A stretch of 64,000 bases of DNA, from IMG/VR virus record IMGVR_UViG_3300044769_000143, one strand, 5' to 3'. The translations under genes and the position numbers were made by a program. The notes beneath the pieces are model-generated. The model saw nothing but the letters and a program-made list of their open reading frames with translations, was not told the DNA's origin and made no database searches. Source of the DNA: a virus. Positions within the stretch are counted from its first letter, which is position 1, and the number at the start of each line of letters is the position of its first letter. Below are positions 9,074 through 17,028 of this stretch, one piece after another.

Positions 9074-9384
9074 ACACGCTCCTTGAGAATTGTCTGTACG
9101 TCCACGATATCAAGAGTTCCGAGGTGTTCGAAACCCTTTGTTCTCCACTGATCACATAGCCAGTGGTGTGCGGTGGCCATTGTTCGGTCACCCCAGTTGT
9201 ACGGATCCCACTGCACTTCCACCCGCGAACCCGCGAGTTTCATCAAGAACAGGTAATCGTGATTGGGATCCTGTCCCCAGCCGTTGTAGTCCATCAGCCG
9301 GCGGTCGTTCATGTTTCGCGGCGTGATCACAAAGACCGCGCAGAATATCTCCGTGTGGCGGTCAAGAATTCGTAGGTAATGCAT
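9070..9384 (-). CDS. Hypothetical protein
   Basis: Start set at MHYLRIL (ATG 9382-9384), in ATGA overlap with the upstream stop, with GGAGAG SD. Confidence 0.55.
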   Translation of the reverse strand: MHYLRILDRHTEIFCAVFVITPRNMNDRRLMDYNGWGQDPNHDYLFLMKLAGSRVEVQWDPYNWGDRTMATAHHWLCDQWRTKGFEHLGTLDIVDVQTILKERV

Positions 9385-9656
9385 CACACGCTCTCCTGTT
9401 CTAGCGGGCAGTTTTGGCTTCCTGCGCATGCCCGACCGGCGATCTTGGCTTCAAGATCGGCCAGGTTTTCTTGCAGATCCGCGACCTCTTCTTCGAGGGA
9501 GGTAATCAAATCGTAGCGCCGACGGGCGATACGATCGAGGCGGTCACAGTCTTCACGCGCATCGTGAAGTTGAGCTTCGAGGAAGCCGATGCGGTTGCTG
9601 CTCGCTTCCAGTTCATCTCGAAGAATACTGAATTCGCGTTCTTCTTCACTGTTCAT
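9384..9656 (-). CDS. Hypothetical coiled-coil protein
   Basis: 90-aa Glu/Leu/Arg-rich helical ORF. Confidence 0.55.
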   Translation of the reverse strand: MNSEEEREFSILRDELEASSNRIGFLEAQLHDAREDCDRLDRIARRRYDLITSLEEEVADLQENLADLEAKIAGRACAGSQNCPLEQESV

Positions 9657-9867
9657 CGCGCGCCGCCTTCAGGGCTTCTTCACTGGACACGAACGGGCCT
9701 TCCGGGTCGCTGTCGGGCATGCATCCCGGAAAGCAGAACCAGAAGTACCATCCCGGCTCACCGTCAAAGTCGCCGTAGTCCACCATTTCCTTGGTCACAA
9801 GGAAAATTTCCAGGTTGGGGAGTGCGTGTGGGTCGCTTGCGCGTGCTGGGTCGCTGTATGCTTGCAT
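9646..9867 (-). CDS. Hypothetical protein
   Basis: 73-aa ORF with AGAGGATATACAGATG start context. Confidence 0.5.
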   Translation of the reverse strand: MQAYSDPARASDPHALPNLEIFLVTKEMVDYGDFDGEPGWYFWFCFPGCMPDSDPEGPFVSSEEALKAARDEQ

Positions 9868-9919
9868 CTGTATATCCTCTGTCTAGAATGGGACCGGCGG
9901 GTGCCGATCCCATCGGTCC

Positions 9920-10177
9920 TCACACACGGACGATCGTGTAACCGGCCTTCTTCAGGGAGTCCGCTTGTCCCTGCACGTGGAGCCCGACTCCCTTCGGGAC
10001 CTTCACGGTCTTCGGGTCATCGCTCACCGACACGCCCCACTTGCGAAGGTAGTTCACAATGGTGGCGACCTGCGCCTCACTCGGCGCGCCCTCGAACCGC
10101 ATGTGGTACGGCTTCTGTCCCGTACGGCGGCTGCGGCGAAAGGTTTCCGCGACTGCCGTGTGCTTCTTTTCTGCCAT
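9920..10177 (-). CDS. Hypothetical basic protein
   Basis: 85-aa ORF. First gene after the 10223-10234 promoter-like element. GGAGTAAAATAGATG start context. Confidence 0.55.
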   Translation of the reverse strand: MAEKKHTAVAETFRRSRRTGQKPYHMRFEGAPSEAQVATIVNYLRKWGVSVSDDPKTVKVPKGVGLHVQGQADSLKKAGYTIVRV

Positions 10178-10222
10178 CTATTTTACTCCACGGGAAAAGG
10201 GCCGGAACAGCCGGCCACAACC

Positions 10223-10234
10223 TAATACTACCAC
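10223..10234 (-). promoter_or_regulatory. Degenerate class II-type extended -10 (GTGGTAGTATTA) with GGCCGG/CCGGCC hairpin
   Basis: Minus strand CCTACGCGCGCGTGGTAGTATTA, then GGCCGGCTGTTCCGGCC, then GGAGTAAAATAGATG. Confidence 0.35.
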
Positions 10235-10291
10235 GCGCGCGTAGGAAAACGCAAGATAATCCTGAACGCTGCCGGGAAAACTCGTGTCCGG

Positions 10292-10555
10292 TCACGATCG
10301 GGCATTTGGATCACGTCCACTCACGATCGGGGCAACGTCGGCCGTACCCTCCAAGGGACTGAAGGAGTAGTCCCCTGGATACGTTTCGCCCATACGCTTA
10401 CGATGAAACTCGCAGCATGGAGTCTTCTTTTTCTTCCGCCATGCTTTGGTCATCTTCAGGTTGCTGAAGTTCATGGAATGCTGCCACCCGGCCTTCCGGG
10501 TGGCGATGCAGACCGCTTCGCTGTTGCAGGTATTGGCTCCGAACCCGCACTTCAC
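10292..10555 (-). CDS. Hypothetical Cys-rich basic protein
   Basis: 87-aa ORF with several Cys and a KKKK run. GTGA overlap with the upstream stop. Coding status is less certain. Confidence 0.35.
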   Translation of the reverse strand: MKCGFGANTCNSEAVCIATRKAGWQHSMNFSNLKMTKAWRKKKKTPCCEFHRKRMGETYPGDYSFSPLEGTADVAPIVSGRDPNARS

Positions 10556-10731
10556 TTGTCTTCCGGCACCCGACCGGTCCGCAGAAATTCCCGCTGTTCC
10601 TCGGTGAGCTTCGGCCAGATCTTCGCGACCAGGCGGCCCACAAACAACAGTTGGTGCTCTTCCTCCGTAATGGGAAGGTCCATCTTGTTAACCTTTCCCG
10701 ACACGGGTGACATCTTGGCCACTTCGGTCAT
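10552..10731 (-). CDS. Small protein, tandem paralogue 2 (EQREFLRTG motif)
   Basis: Start at MTEVAK (ATG 10729-10731), in ATGA overlap with the upstream stop, GGAG SD. Shares the L(T)xxEREFLxTG motif with 10728-10934. Confidence 0.5.
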   Translation of the reverse strand: MTEVAKMSPVSGKVNKMDLPITEEEHQLLFVGRLVAKIWPKLTEEQREFLRTGRVPEDK

Positions 10732-10934
10732 TTCTCCACCTTTCCGAAGGTCTTCTCCCACTCGACCGGGTTGATTCCGGTAATCAGGAACTCCCGCTCG
10801 CCAGCTGTCAGGTGACCCATGACGTTCTGGATCAGTTCCCCGTTCCGCCAGCGCTTGTACTGTTCGAGGGTGATGTCCAGCTCCATGGAGCACTCAGCGC
10901 CGGACAGAGGCGATTTACGTGTCACTCTCAGCAT
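10728..10934 (-). CDS. Small protein, tandem paralogue 1 (GEREFLITG motif)
   Basis: 68-aa ORF. The motif LTAGEREFLITGINPVEWEK parallels the downstream neighbour. Confidence 0.5.
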   Translation of the reverse strand: MLRVTRKSPLSGAECSMELDITLEQYKRWRNGELIQNVMGHLTAGEREFLITGINPVEWEKTFGKVEK

Positions 10935-11199
10935 TTGTCTTTCCTATCTCTACGTTGTACTGATCCCGGAGGTTATCCTGGATCTCCAGGGTGGCCCTGA
11001 ACAGCGCGTCCTGAATCATCCTGTGTACGCTCGCCGGCGGGTTCACTACGAGGAAACCCTCTTCCCCTCCCGGCCGAGCATGCACCGCGTAATGCCCTGC
11101 CCGCGCCGCGGCGATCAGATGTCGGTGTCGGTCGATCAGACGCTGAATCTCTGACAGGTCGTCGATCGTAATTCTCTTAGTGGTAGGGCTTGTCTCCAT
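10915..11199 (-). CDS. Hypothetical protein
   Basis: 94-aa ORF in the operon. Confidence 0.5.
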   Translation of the reverse strand: METSPTTKRITIDDLSEIQRLIDRHRHLIAAARAGHYAVHARPGGEEGFLVVNPPASVHRMIQDALFRATLEIQDNLRDQYNVEIGKTNAESDT

Positions 11200-11434
11200 A
11201 TCTCTCCTCGATCCAACGTTGGGTTTCCCGATGGCGAATCTTGCTTAACCGACTGATTTCTGCGAGAACCTTTCGTCGCAGGACAACCGCATCACGAAGC
11301 AGAAGTAGTGCCTCGTGCGGAAATACCATCTTCGTTTCATCTTCCGTCGCCTTTTCGAGGAGCTTGAAGATGCGGTCCTCCAAGGCCGATACCTTGGCCC
11401 GGAGGATGTTCTCGTCTTCGCCCGGTTCGCTCAT
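11177..11434 (-). CDS. Hypothetical coiled-coil protein
   Basis: 85-aa helical ORF. Confidence 0.5.
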   Translation of the reverse strand: MSEPGEDENILRAKVSALEDRIFKLLEKATEDETKMVFPHEALLLLRDAVVLRRKVLAEISRLSKIRHRETQRWIEERYGDKPYH

Positions 11435-11886
11435 TTGTACTTCCTCTCAACCGGAGTTTGAGTTGTGATCCCGTTTCTAAACCCTCGAGATCTGCAACTT
11501 TGAGAACAGTACGGTCCAGATTTGTGATTTCCGTAACGTCTCTTCACAACTATGTTGTTGATCTGTTTTCCGGTCAGTGTGAAAATTGTCCCACACATTG
11601 GACACTCAAAGTCCTGTGGCAGACTAGTAGGTCGGTGAATTTTCCAATGCTCTACGTTCTTAAGAACTTTGAAATTCTCAAGTCGGTCATCGGTTTGATC
11701 ACCGTTAATGTGATGGACGTTCTCATCCTCGAATAGGTGCCGTTCGAGGTGGACCTCCATAAGATATCTTGCGTAAGTAGTTCCTACGACTTGTCCGTCC
11801 GGATAGATCAAGTGAATCATACGCCGGCCGTCGCGTATGTCCAGGTACGGACCACGAATCTTACAGCCAGCGTATGGATTCATCAC
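11431..11886 (-). CDS. HNH endonuclease (family B) with C-terminal zinc ribbon
   Basis: VHHINGDQTDDRLENFKVL...HWKIH (H-N-H), then CPMCGT...YCSQSC. AT-rich island. Confidence 0.8.
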   Translation of the reverse strand: MMNPYAGCKIRGPYLDIRDGRRMIHLIYPDGQVVGTTYARYLMEVHLERHLFEDENVHHINGDQTDDRLENFKVLKNVEHWKIHRPTSLPQDFECPMCGTIFTLTGKQINNIVVKRRYGNHKSGPYCSQSCRSRGFRNGITTQTPVERKYK

Positions 11887-12368
11887 ACTCTCACTCGGTA
11901 CGGGAATACTTCAATTTCAGTCCGGACGTGTTCCCATCGTGCGTGCATCCGCTGGATCGTTTCCAACGGCACATTGTGAAGGTTCTGCTCGGCGAGCTCT
12001 TCCAACGTCAAAGGGTCAGGATTGCAGTGGTAGACTTTCACATTGTGATGAGTCTCGGCTGCAATTTTCACATAACTTTCAAGTTCCCAATGCTGAGAGA
12101 ACGTGTTCGCCACGCAACACGTTCCGCGCGGGTTCTGTGCCAGCCATTTCCGCGTGCGGTTCTGGTTCATCAGGTGGTAGAACCCAAGCTTCTCGGGCTC
12201 AAAGCGGTACACCCAACCATCGTTGGGCTTCGCTAGGTCAGGTTTGTAGAAAAACTCGTCCGTCTCGAACAGGGGACACTTGCTCTGCGGGTGGGCGTCA
12301 GCACCGAAGTAGTTTCGGGCGAACGTACTCTTCCCGGAGCCGGGAAGTCCTGTAATCGCTATCAACAT
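11883..12368 (-). CDS. P-loop NTPase / kinase (AAA_33- or polynucleotide-kinase-like)
   Basis: N-terminal Walker A ITGLPGSGKST. About 160 aa, the size of a small kinase. Substrate unknown. Confidence 0.55.
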   Translation of the reverse strand: MLIAITGLPGSGKSTFARNYFGADAHPQSKCPLFETDEFFYKPDLAKPNDGWVYRFEPEKLGFYHLMNQNRTRKWLAQNPRGTCCVANTFSQHWELESYVKIAAETHHNVKVYHCNPDPLTLEELAEQNLHNVPLETIQRMHARWEHVRTEIEVFPYRVRV

Positions 12369-12538
12369 ATCTTTCTAGCTCCACCGATCGCGGCGCACTG
12401 CCGTTTGCAGTACGGTCCCGTCTTCGTAAGACGATTTTTCACTTTGGTCGCCCGTTGTCTCATCTGTGCGCCTGTCAGTGTGAATTGCGTTCCACACGTG
12501 GGACAGATAAACGTCTTGGGCAACCACCGAGGCCACAT
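12362..12538 (-). CDS. 58-aa zinc-ribbon ORF homologous to the C-terminus of the 11431-11886 HNH (possible endonuclease remnant)
   Basis: My own translation: MWPRWLPKTFICPTCGTQFTLTGAQMRQRATKVKNRLTKTGPYCKRQCAAIGGARKIC. It aligns with FECPMCGTIFTLTGKQ...SGPYCSQSCRSRG. Below the track's 60-aa cutoff. Confidence 0.45.
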   Translation of the reverse strand: MWPRWLPKTFICPTCGTQFTLTGAQMRQRATKVKNRLTKTGPYCKRQCAAIGGARKIC

Positions 12539-12539
12539 T

Positions 12540-12758
12540 CTAGTTCCAGCGGTTCGAGGGAATGTAGTCGTCGAACTGCCTGTCCTCCGCCGTTTCCGGC
12601 TCCGGGATCAGTTCGTAGGTGACCGGGTTGCCGTCCGTCGTGCGCGACAGGGTCACGCACAACTGCTTGATAGCGGAAACTGTCTTGGCTTCCACGATGC
12701 GGGTCATAACCGGTCGCCCGCTCCAAAAAGAGTGAATCGTAACCTTGGCTTTCATCAT
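12540..12758 (-). CDS. Hypothetical protein
   Basis: 72-aa ORF. First gene after the cassette, with GGAGGGTTAGATAGATG start context. Confidence 0.6.
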   Translation of the reverse strand: MMKAKVTIHSFWSGRPVMTRIVEAKTVSAIKQLCVTLSRTTDGNPVTYELIPEPETAEDRQFDDYIPSNRWN

Positions 12759-12801
12759 CTATCTAACCCTCCTGAGGGGCCGCGCCACGCGGCCGGGTAC
12801 C

Positions 12802-12836
12802 TATAGAATAGCACGGAACAGCCCCGAAAGTACAGG
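12802..12836 (-). promoter_or_regulatory. Class II promoter cassette
   Basis: Minus strand CCTGTACTTTCGGGGCTGTTCCGTGCTATTCTATA, then the GGCCGCGTGGCGCGGCC hairpin, then the SD/start. Confidence 0.55.
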
Positions 12837-12892
12837 ATTTCTTTGGAGGTCCAGTCACGAACTCACTCTTTGGATCCACTTCGTGGATCCAG

Positions 12893-12923
12893 GACAAAAA
12901 GAAGAGGCCAGCTTTCGCTGGCC
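12893..12923 (-). terminator. Rho-independent terminator ending the 14372->12932 transcription unit
   Basis: GGCCAGC (12906-12912) / GCTGGCC (12917-12923) stem. On the minus strand it is followed by TCTTCTTTTTG. Lies 9 nt past the stop at 12932. Confidence 0.6.
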
Positions 12924-12931
12924 CCGTCTTC

Positions 12932-13222
12932 CTAGCGGTTCAGGAGGCTCGCTCGGTGCATGATTTCACTCTGCACCGCGACCTTCAGGTGGTGGGGACC
13001 GCCGACGCTCACCTGAGCGAGATCGATGACGCCGATCGCGCTCCACGTGTCACATGCCTGCTCTTTAGTCGCCACGAAGTGCGTCCTGTTTATCAGGTGG
13101 CTCTTCATGCGAGCGCGGAGCCGCCTCACTGCTGCGTGAAGCAGCGGGTCGGCGGTGTGCGAGCGGAGTTCGTCGTGGCTCCAGGTCAGGACGACCGCCA
13201 CGCTGCTGATGTAACAAGTCAT
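12932..13222 (-). CDS. Hypothetical protein
   Basis: 96-aa ORF. Confidence 0.5.
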   Translation of the reverse strand: MTCYISSVAVVLTWSHDELRSHTADPLLHAAVRRLRARMKSHLINRTHFVATKEQACDTWSAIGVIDLAQVSVGGPHHLKVAVQSEIMHRASLLNR

Positions 13223-13555
13223 CTAGTTATCTTTCTGGTTGAGGGTGTTGGTGAGAGAGTCGGCCAACTTCTCCGCCTCCAGTTCGAGGGCCTTCGTGAG
13301 CTTCGGAATCGCCAGAAGCGCCTCTGCTCGTAAAATTCGCGGCGCCCGAAGAGCAGACCAAGCGTTCTGCTCTTTGTCTATGATGACCAGTTCCCAGTTG
13401 CTGTCTCGCCGCTCGTAGCTCAGAGTACCGAACGGAGTGTCTACAATTGCTGGGACACCGTAGTTCCACTCCTGATACTTCTGTTGGGTAGCCTCGAGCC
13501 GTTGATTCAACTCCTCCGTGAGGCGGTGAATCCGTTCAGTAAGGGTTTCGGTCAT
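13223..13555 (-). CDS. Hypothetical protein
   Basis: 110-aa ORF directly abutting both neighbours. Confidence 0.55.
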   Translation of the reverse strand: MTETLTERIHRLTEELNQRLEATQQKYQEWNYGVPAIVDTPFGTLSYERRDSNWELVIIDKEQNAWSALRAPRILRAEALLAIPKLTKALELEAEKLADSLTNTLNQKDN

Positions 13556-13888
13556 CTAGCCCTCGATCGGGGTGAAGGTCACGGTCACGGGAAGCATCGC
13601 CCGGATTGCGTCGTAGTCGGTGATGTCGTAGAGGCGGACCAAGGTCCTCGCCGTCTCGTCGCCCTGCCACTCATGAACGAAGTAGTCAATCGGGGCCTTC
13701 GCGATAGCCTGCTCCGTGACCCAGGCTTTCTTCCCGGTCACTTCCTGCACCGCCATTGCCACGACGCACATTTCGCAGATCGAGTGGTGATCGAGGGACA
13801 TGTCATCCCACGAGGCAATCGACTTGTCCAGGTGTGCCTCGGTGACGGTGATCGTAAGCGGTTTCTTGTCGGTCATGTGTTTCCCCAT
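13556..13888 (-). CDS. Hypothetical protein
   Basis: Start chosen at MGKHMTDKK (ATG 13886-13888) after AAGGAG. An alternative ATG is at 13876. The track ORF extends to 13945. Confidence 0.5.
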   Translation of the reverse strand: MGKHMTDKKPLTITVTEAHLDKSIASWDDMSLDHHSICEMCVVAMAVQEVTGKKAWVTEQAIAKAPIDYFVHEWQGDETARTLVRLYDITDYDAIRAMLPVTVTFTPIEG

Positions 13889-13952
13889 TGGGTTATCTTT
13901 CTCCTTGTCTGTTACGAGTGGAGAGCGGCTGGCGCCGCCCTCCATTGAGTCC

Positions 13953-14372
13953 TTACAGTTCCCCGAGCGGCTCGTCTTCCGGACCGTGCCGCCAGTAGCT
14001 CACTTCCACCTTGCCGACGCCCTCCATCACCGCCAGAATCTGGCAGTACTCACCGGTCCCGGCGCTGTTCATGTCCAACAGCTTCGCGATGATTTTGTCC
14101 TCCTCGCTCAGCGGGTAGGCATCATCGATCACGTAGGTCACTTCCGGAAGCACCCGCTCCCCGTCCCGTGTCTGCAGCGTCAGGCTTCCCAGTACCGTCC
14201 CAAACTCCTTCAGGTACTCGGGGACAGCCATGCCATCCGCGTCACAGCTGGTAACCACCAGCTCATGGTCGCTCCACGTGCGCGCTACCAATGTGGCGAG
14301 TACGTCCGCCCCAGTGATGTCGGCACACAGGCCGCTGTCCTCTCCGTCCTTCATACCTGTACCGTATCGCAT
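13953..14372 (-). CDS. Hypothetical acidic protein
   Basis: 139-aa ORF. First gene after the cassette, with AGGAGGTTAGATAGATG start context. Confidence 0.6.
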   Translation of the reverse strand: MRYGTGMKDGEDSGLCADITGADVLATLVARTWSDHELVVTSCDADGMAVPEYLKEFGTVLGSLTLQTRDGERVLPEVTYVIDDAYPLSEEDKIIAKLLDMNSAGTGEYCQILAVMEGVGKVEVSYWRHGPEDEPLGEL

Positions 14373-14431
14373 CTATCTAACCTCCTGTCCCTCGGTCCAT
14401 CCGAGGGCGCCCGGCCGCGCACGGCCGGTAA

Positions 14432-14466
14432 TTAAGAATAGCACGGAGCGGCCCGTGAGGTACAGG
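14432..14466 (-). promoter_or_regulatory. Class II promoter cassette
   Basis: Minus strand CCTGTACCTCACGGGCCGCTCCGTGCTATTCTTAA, then the CCGGCCGTGCGCGGCCGG hairpin, then the SD/start at 14372. Confidence 0.55.
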
Positions 14467-14475
14467 AGCTCCCGG

Positions 14476-14649
14476 CTACTCCGCCAGAACTTCCCCGATA
14501 GATTCAAACGCAGAGCGCGCCGCGAGCCACTCGTTTTCTCGAAACACGAGATCGCCGCATTTGGCGAATGTCAGGTGAATCGCTGGAGCAGTGAAGAGTC
14601 GGCAGTGAACATGCCCGCCGAGGTGCTTGAAATACATCCGAAAGACCAT
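14476..14649 (-). CDS. Hypothetical 57-aa protein (below track cutoff)
   Basis: My own translation: MVFRMYFKHLGGHVHCRLFTAPAIHLTFAKCGDLVFRENEWLAARSAFESIGEVLAE. It fills an otherwise empty gap in the operon. Confidence 0.35.
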   Translation of the reverse strand: MVFRMYFKHLGGHVHCRLFTAPAIHLTFAKCGDLVFRENEWLAARSAFESIGEVLAE

Positions 14650-14702
14650 TGGTGTCTCCTGTCACAAAAATGGGACCGACTGGAGTCGGCCCCATCTGGT
14701 CT

Positions 14703-15119
14703 CTATTCGACCGGGTCAAGTTCCGGCTTGATCAACCGGATAATCTCCGCGATCTGTTCCTGCTTCTTCTCTTCCTCAGCGGCGAACTCCCGCTTCACCT
14801 TCGCCCTGCGCTCATCCTCGAACGCCATCTTGGCCGTCTCGATCAGCTTCTTCTGGAACTTGCCGTCGTTGTAGTCCGTGCAGTTCGTGCTGATCCCCTT
14901 CATCTTCGGGATCAGGTCGATCAGCCCGCAGCGCTCCCAGCCGAACTCCCGGATCTTGTCAAGGGCGAACGCTCGGAAGTGGAGGTTGTCCAAGTCCTTC
15001 TGCTTCTTCAGCGATCCCACGCCGCACAGAAGCATCATCACGCAGAAGTTGTACAGATCGACGCCGCCGTCCGGCCACTCGGATCGGTTGACTTCAGTGA
15101 GGTTGTAGTCGAGGCTCAT
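14703..15119 (-). CDS. Hypothetical protein
   Basis: 138-aa ORF with a Lys/Glu-rich C-terminal helix. Confidence 0.55.
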   Translation of the reverse strand: MSLDYNLTEVNRSEWPDGGVDLYNFCVMMLLCGVGSLKKQKDLDNLHFRAFALDKIREFGWERCGLIDLIPKMKGISTNCTDYNDGKFQKKLIETAKMAFEDERRAKVKREFAAEEEKKQEQIAEIIRLIKPELDPVE

Positions 15120-15121
15120 GT

Positions 15122-15316
15122 CTAGTTATCTCCTTCGTTGTTCATGGTTACGACGATCTGCTTCGTGTCCACCTTGGGCTCCATGTGCTGGAGACCGTCC
15201 ACGATCAGGTTTTCGAGGAGGGCAAAGAAACCCTCACAGTTCCACTCCTTGGCGTCCTCGCTGAGCATGTCCGGGTCCACGGTCAGCGTGATGGTGAAGA
15301 TCTTGCGCCTAGCCAC
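15122..15316 (-). CDS. Hypothetical protein
   Basis: 64-aa ORF. Confidence 0.5.
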   Translation of the reverse strand: MARRKIFTITLTVDPDMLSEDAKEWNCEGFFALLENLIVDGLQHMEPKVDTKQIVVTMNNEGDN

Positions 15317-15518
15317 CGATCCTCACCCCGTTCTTGTCGTAGTGTTGGCCTCGGCCAACACCCAGTCCGAACCCCTGGTCTCTGTGGCACGCTTCGCACA
15401 TCATGGCCCACGGACCGAAGGCTGTCTTCCCGTCCACGAACGGGTGTCCCGTTAGAGGGAGGTGACACATGTCACACTCCTTGGGCATCTCGCTCAACCA
15501 CCGCTTCACTTCAGTCAT
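15309..15518 (-). CDS. Small zinc-binding protein
   Basis: 69 aa with CDMCH...CEACH (two CxxC-type pairs). Confidence 0.5.
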   Translation of the reverse strand: MTEVKRWLSEMPKECDMCHLPLTGHPFVDGKTAFGPWAMMCEACHRDQGFGLGVGRGQHYDKNGVRIGG

Positions 15519-15521
15519 GTT

Positions 15522-15797
15522 TTACTCCTCATACCTCTCGTTGAACAACACGAGCAGCGTGTCCCACCCCAGGTCCTTCGCCGCGTACCAAATCTCATCA
15601 CCCCACGGATCTAAGAAGTAGGTATGATTGCTCTGTTTGTTCACCTGCAAGGGAATAATCTGTCCTTGCTTTTCGAGGACTTTCTTCATCTTGTAGGTGG
15701 CCCATGGTCTGGAGCTAGACCATGGTTTCACCGAATCAATCGGTACAACCTGAATCCCGTCGCGCTCGTATCCCTCGACTGTGGTTGTGTTCACCAT
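15522..15797 (-). CDS. ParB N-terminal-domain-like protein (degenerate)
   Basis: VVPIDSVKP...IIPLQVNK...WGDEIWYAAKDLGWDTL resembles the ParB/Srx fold, but the GxxR box is replaced. Confidence 0.35.
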   Translation of the reverse strand: MVNTTTVEGYERDGIQVVPIDSVKPWSSSRPWATYKMKKVLEKQGQIIPLQVNKQSNHTYFLDPWGDEIWYAAKDLGWDTLLVLFNERYEE

Positions 15798-15806
15798 TGG
15801 TGCCCT

Positions 15807-15989
15807 CTAGTCATTCCACACCTTCAGTGTTCCCAGACGCGGGTTGCTGTATTCGTAGCCACCGAACTCGTAGTCGCTGGCCCAGATTTTTCCCTCTCGA
15901 TACCAGTTGTTCCCGTCGAGGGTGAATACTGGTGGCCAGACACCTGGAGGCCATCCCAGGTCGCTCGCTTCTATGCTTCGCGCTTTCAC
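15807..15989 (-). CDS. Hypothetical Trp-rich protein
   Basis: 60-aa ORF with a GTG start. Confidence 0.45.
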   Translation of the reverse strand: MKARSIEASDLGWPPGVWPPVFTLDGNNWYREGKIWASDYEFGGYEYSNPRLGTLKVWND

Positions 15990-16105
15990 TTGATTGCCTC
16001 CTTGATCAGCTGAAGCAGCGCCATCGCCTCAGCCTGCGTCGCTTCCCCGTTGATCACCTTTGTCTGTAGCTCCCGTACGATTCTGTCGTACACCTTCTTG
16101 TCCAT
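15986..16105 (-). CDS. Hypothetical 39-aa protein
   Basis: My own translation: MDKKVYDRIVRELQTKVINGEATQAEAMALLQLIKEAIK. GAGGAGGTTAAATAGATG start context right after the cassette. GTGA overlap with the next gene. Confidence 0.4.
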   Translation of the reverse strand: MDKKVYDRIVRELQTKVINGEATQAEAMALLQLIKEAIK

Positions 16106-16147
16106 CTATTTAACCTCCTCGCGAGGGCCGGGGCGGCCCGCGCTAGG

Positions 16148-16183
16148 TATAAGAATAGCACGGAGCCCGGCCGGACGCGCAGG
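16148..16183 (-). promoter_or_regulatory. Class II promoter cassette (variant upstream box CCTGCGC)
   Basis: Minus strand CCTGCGCGTCCGGCCGGGCTCCGTGCTATTCTTATA, then the GGGCCGCCCCGGCCC hairpin, then the SD/start at 16105. Confidence 0.5.
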
Positions 16184-16188
16184 AGCTC

Positions 16189-17028
16189 CTACAGGGTCTT
16201 CAGGAAATGGCTCACGGCCATCGCCGCTGGGCGCGGAGAGATGTGCTGGTACTGATCCGCGAGCCACAGGCCGAAGTCCATGCTCGGGTTGATCAGGTCA
16301 CCAATGTGACAGTAAATGCAGATCAGCGGAACGCCGAGATCCTGGTTCAGGGTGAGTTCTTCCACATGGTATTCCCCATTGGCCTGCCGATCTCCCTCGT
16401 TGGGCTTCCAGCCAGTCTCCCCGATGATGTACCGATCGTGGCCGAGCGTGTTCATGATGTGATTGTGCTCGCGGGTTCTGGAGCCCCATGGGGAGAAGGA
16501 TGGGCGATACGGATTTCGGTACGGATGAATGTCTGCATATAGCCTCGTGGACGAGGCTATGAATCCTATGACATCCTCGACGCCCGGCCAGTTGCGCGAG
16601 CCGCCATCCACGTGATCGAACAGATCCATCGCGATGATGACCTTTGCCGCACTGCTTTCGAGGAGGACGTTGGCCATGGGGATGGCTATGCGTAGGTACT
16701 CGTCGGCAGGTATCTTATCCAGGATCCACGGTTCATTGCCGATGGTGACCCATTCCGTCTCCGGGAACGTTTCCGCGTACCATCTGGCATACCCTTCCAT
16801 GCCGGCCACGTCTGGCTCGTAAAAGGGCCATGCGAGGATCGGGATTGGCTGGAGCCCGCCGTGAAGCATGGTGCTCACGGAGGCCGCCGCGTTAGATCTG
16901 TCGCGCGACACGGGCAGGTCGAATCTTACATGCGTGAAGCCCGCTTTGGCGAACGTGGTCACCCAATGCGGCTGGGGATATGCGAGCTCCGCGCCGGGCA
17001 TTGGCCATACGAGTCCATACTGAGTCAT
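16189..17028 (-). CDS. Clan GH-A (GH5-like) TIM-barrel glycoside hydrolase
   Basis: Start at MTQYGL (ATG 17026-17028, GAGGAG SD). VTIGNEPW (acid/base NEP) and IIGETGW (nucleophile Glu) at the spacing typical of GH-A enzymes. Confidence 0.55.
   Translation of the reverse strand: MTQYGLVWPMPGAELAYPQPHWVTTFAKAGFTHVRFDLPVSRDRSNAAASVSTMLHGGLQPIPILAWPFYEPDVAGMEGYARWYAETFPETEWVTIGNEPWILDKIPADEYLRIAIPMANVLLESSAAKVIIAMDLFDHVDGGSRNWPGVEDVIGFIASSTRLYADIHPYRNPYRPSFSPWGSRTREHNHIMNTLGHDRYIIGETGWKPNEGDRQANGEYHVEELTLNQDLGVPLICIYCHIGDLINPSMDFGLWLADQYQHISPRPAAMAVSHFLKTL

Noticed and set aside
9868-9919. Possible ninth class II cassette upstream of the 9867 start (CCCATTCTAGA, with the GGGACCGGCGGGTGCCGATCCC structure).
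   Set aside because: It lacks the GTGn extended -10 and the CCTGTACC box, and the hairpin is upstream rather than downstream of the -10-like element. It is more likely a weak terminator or processing hairpin.
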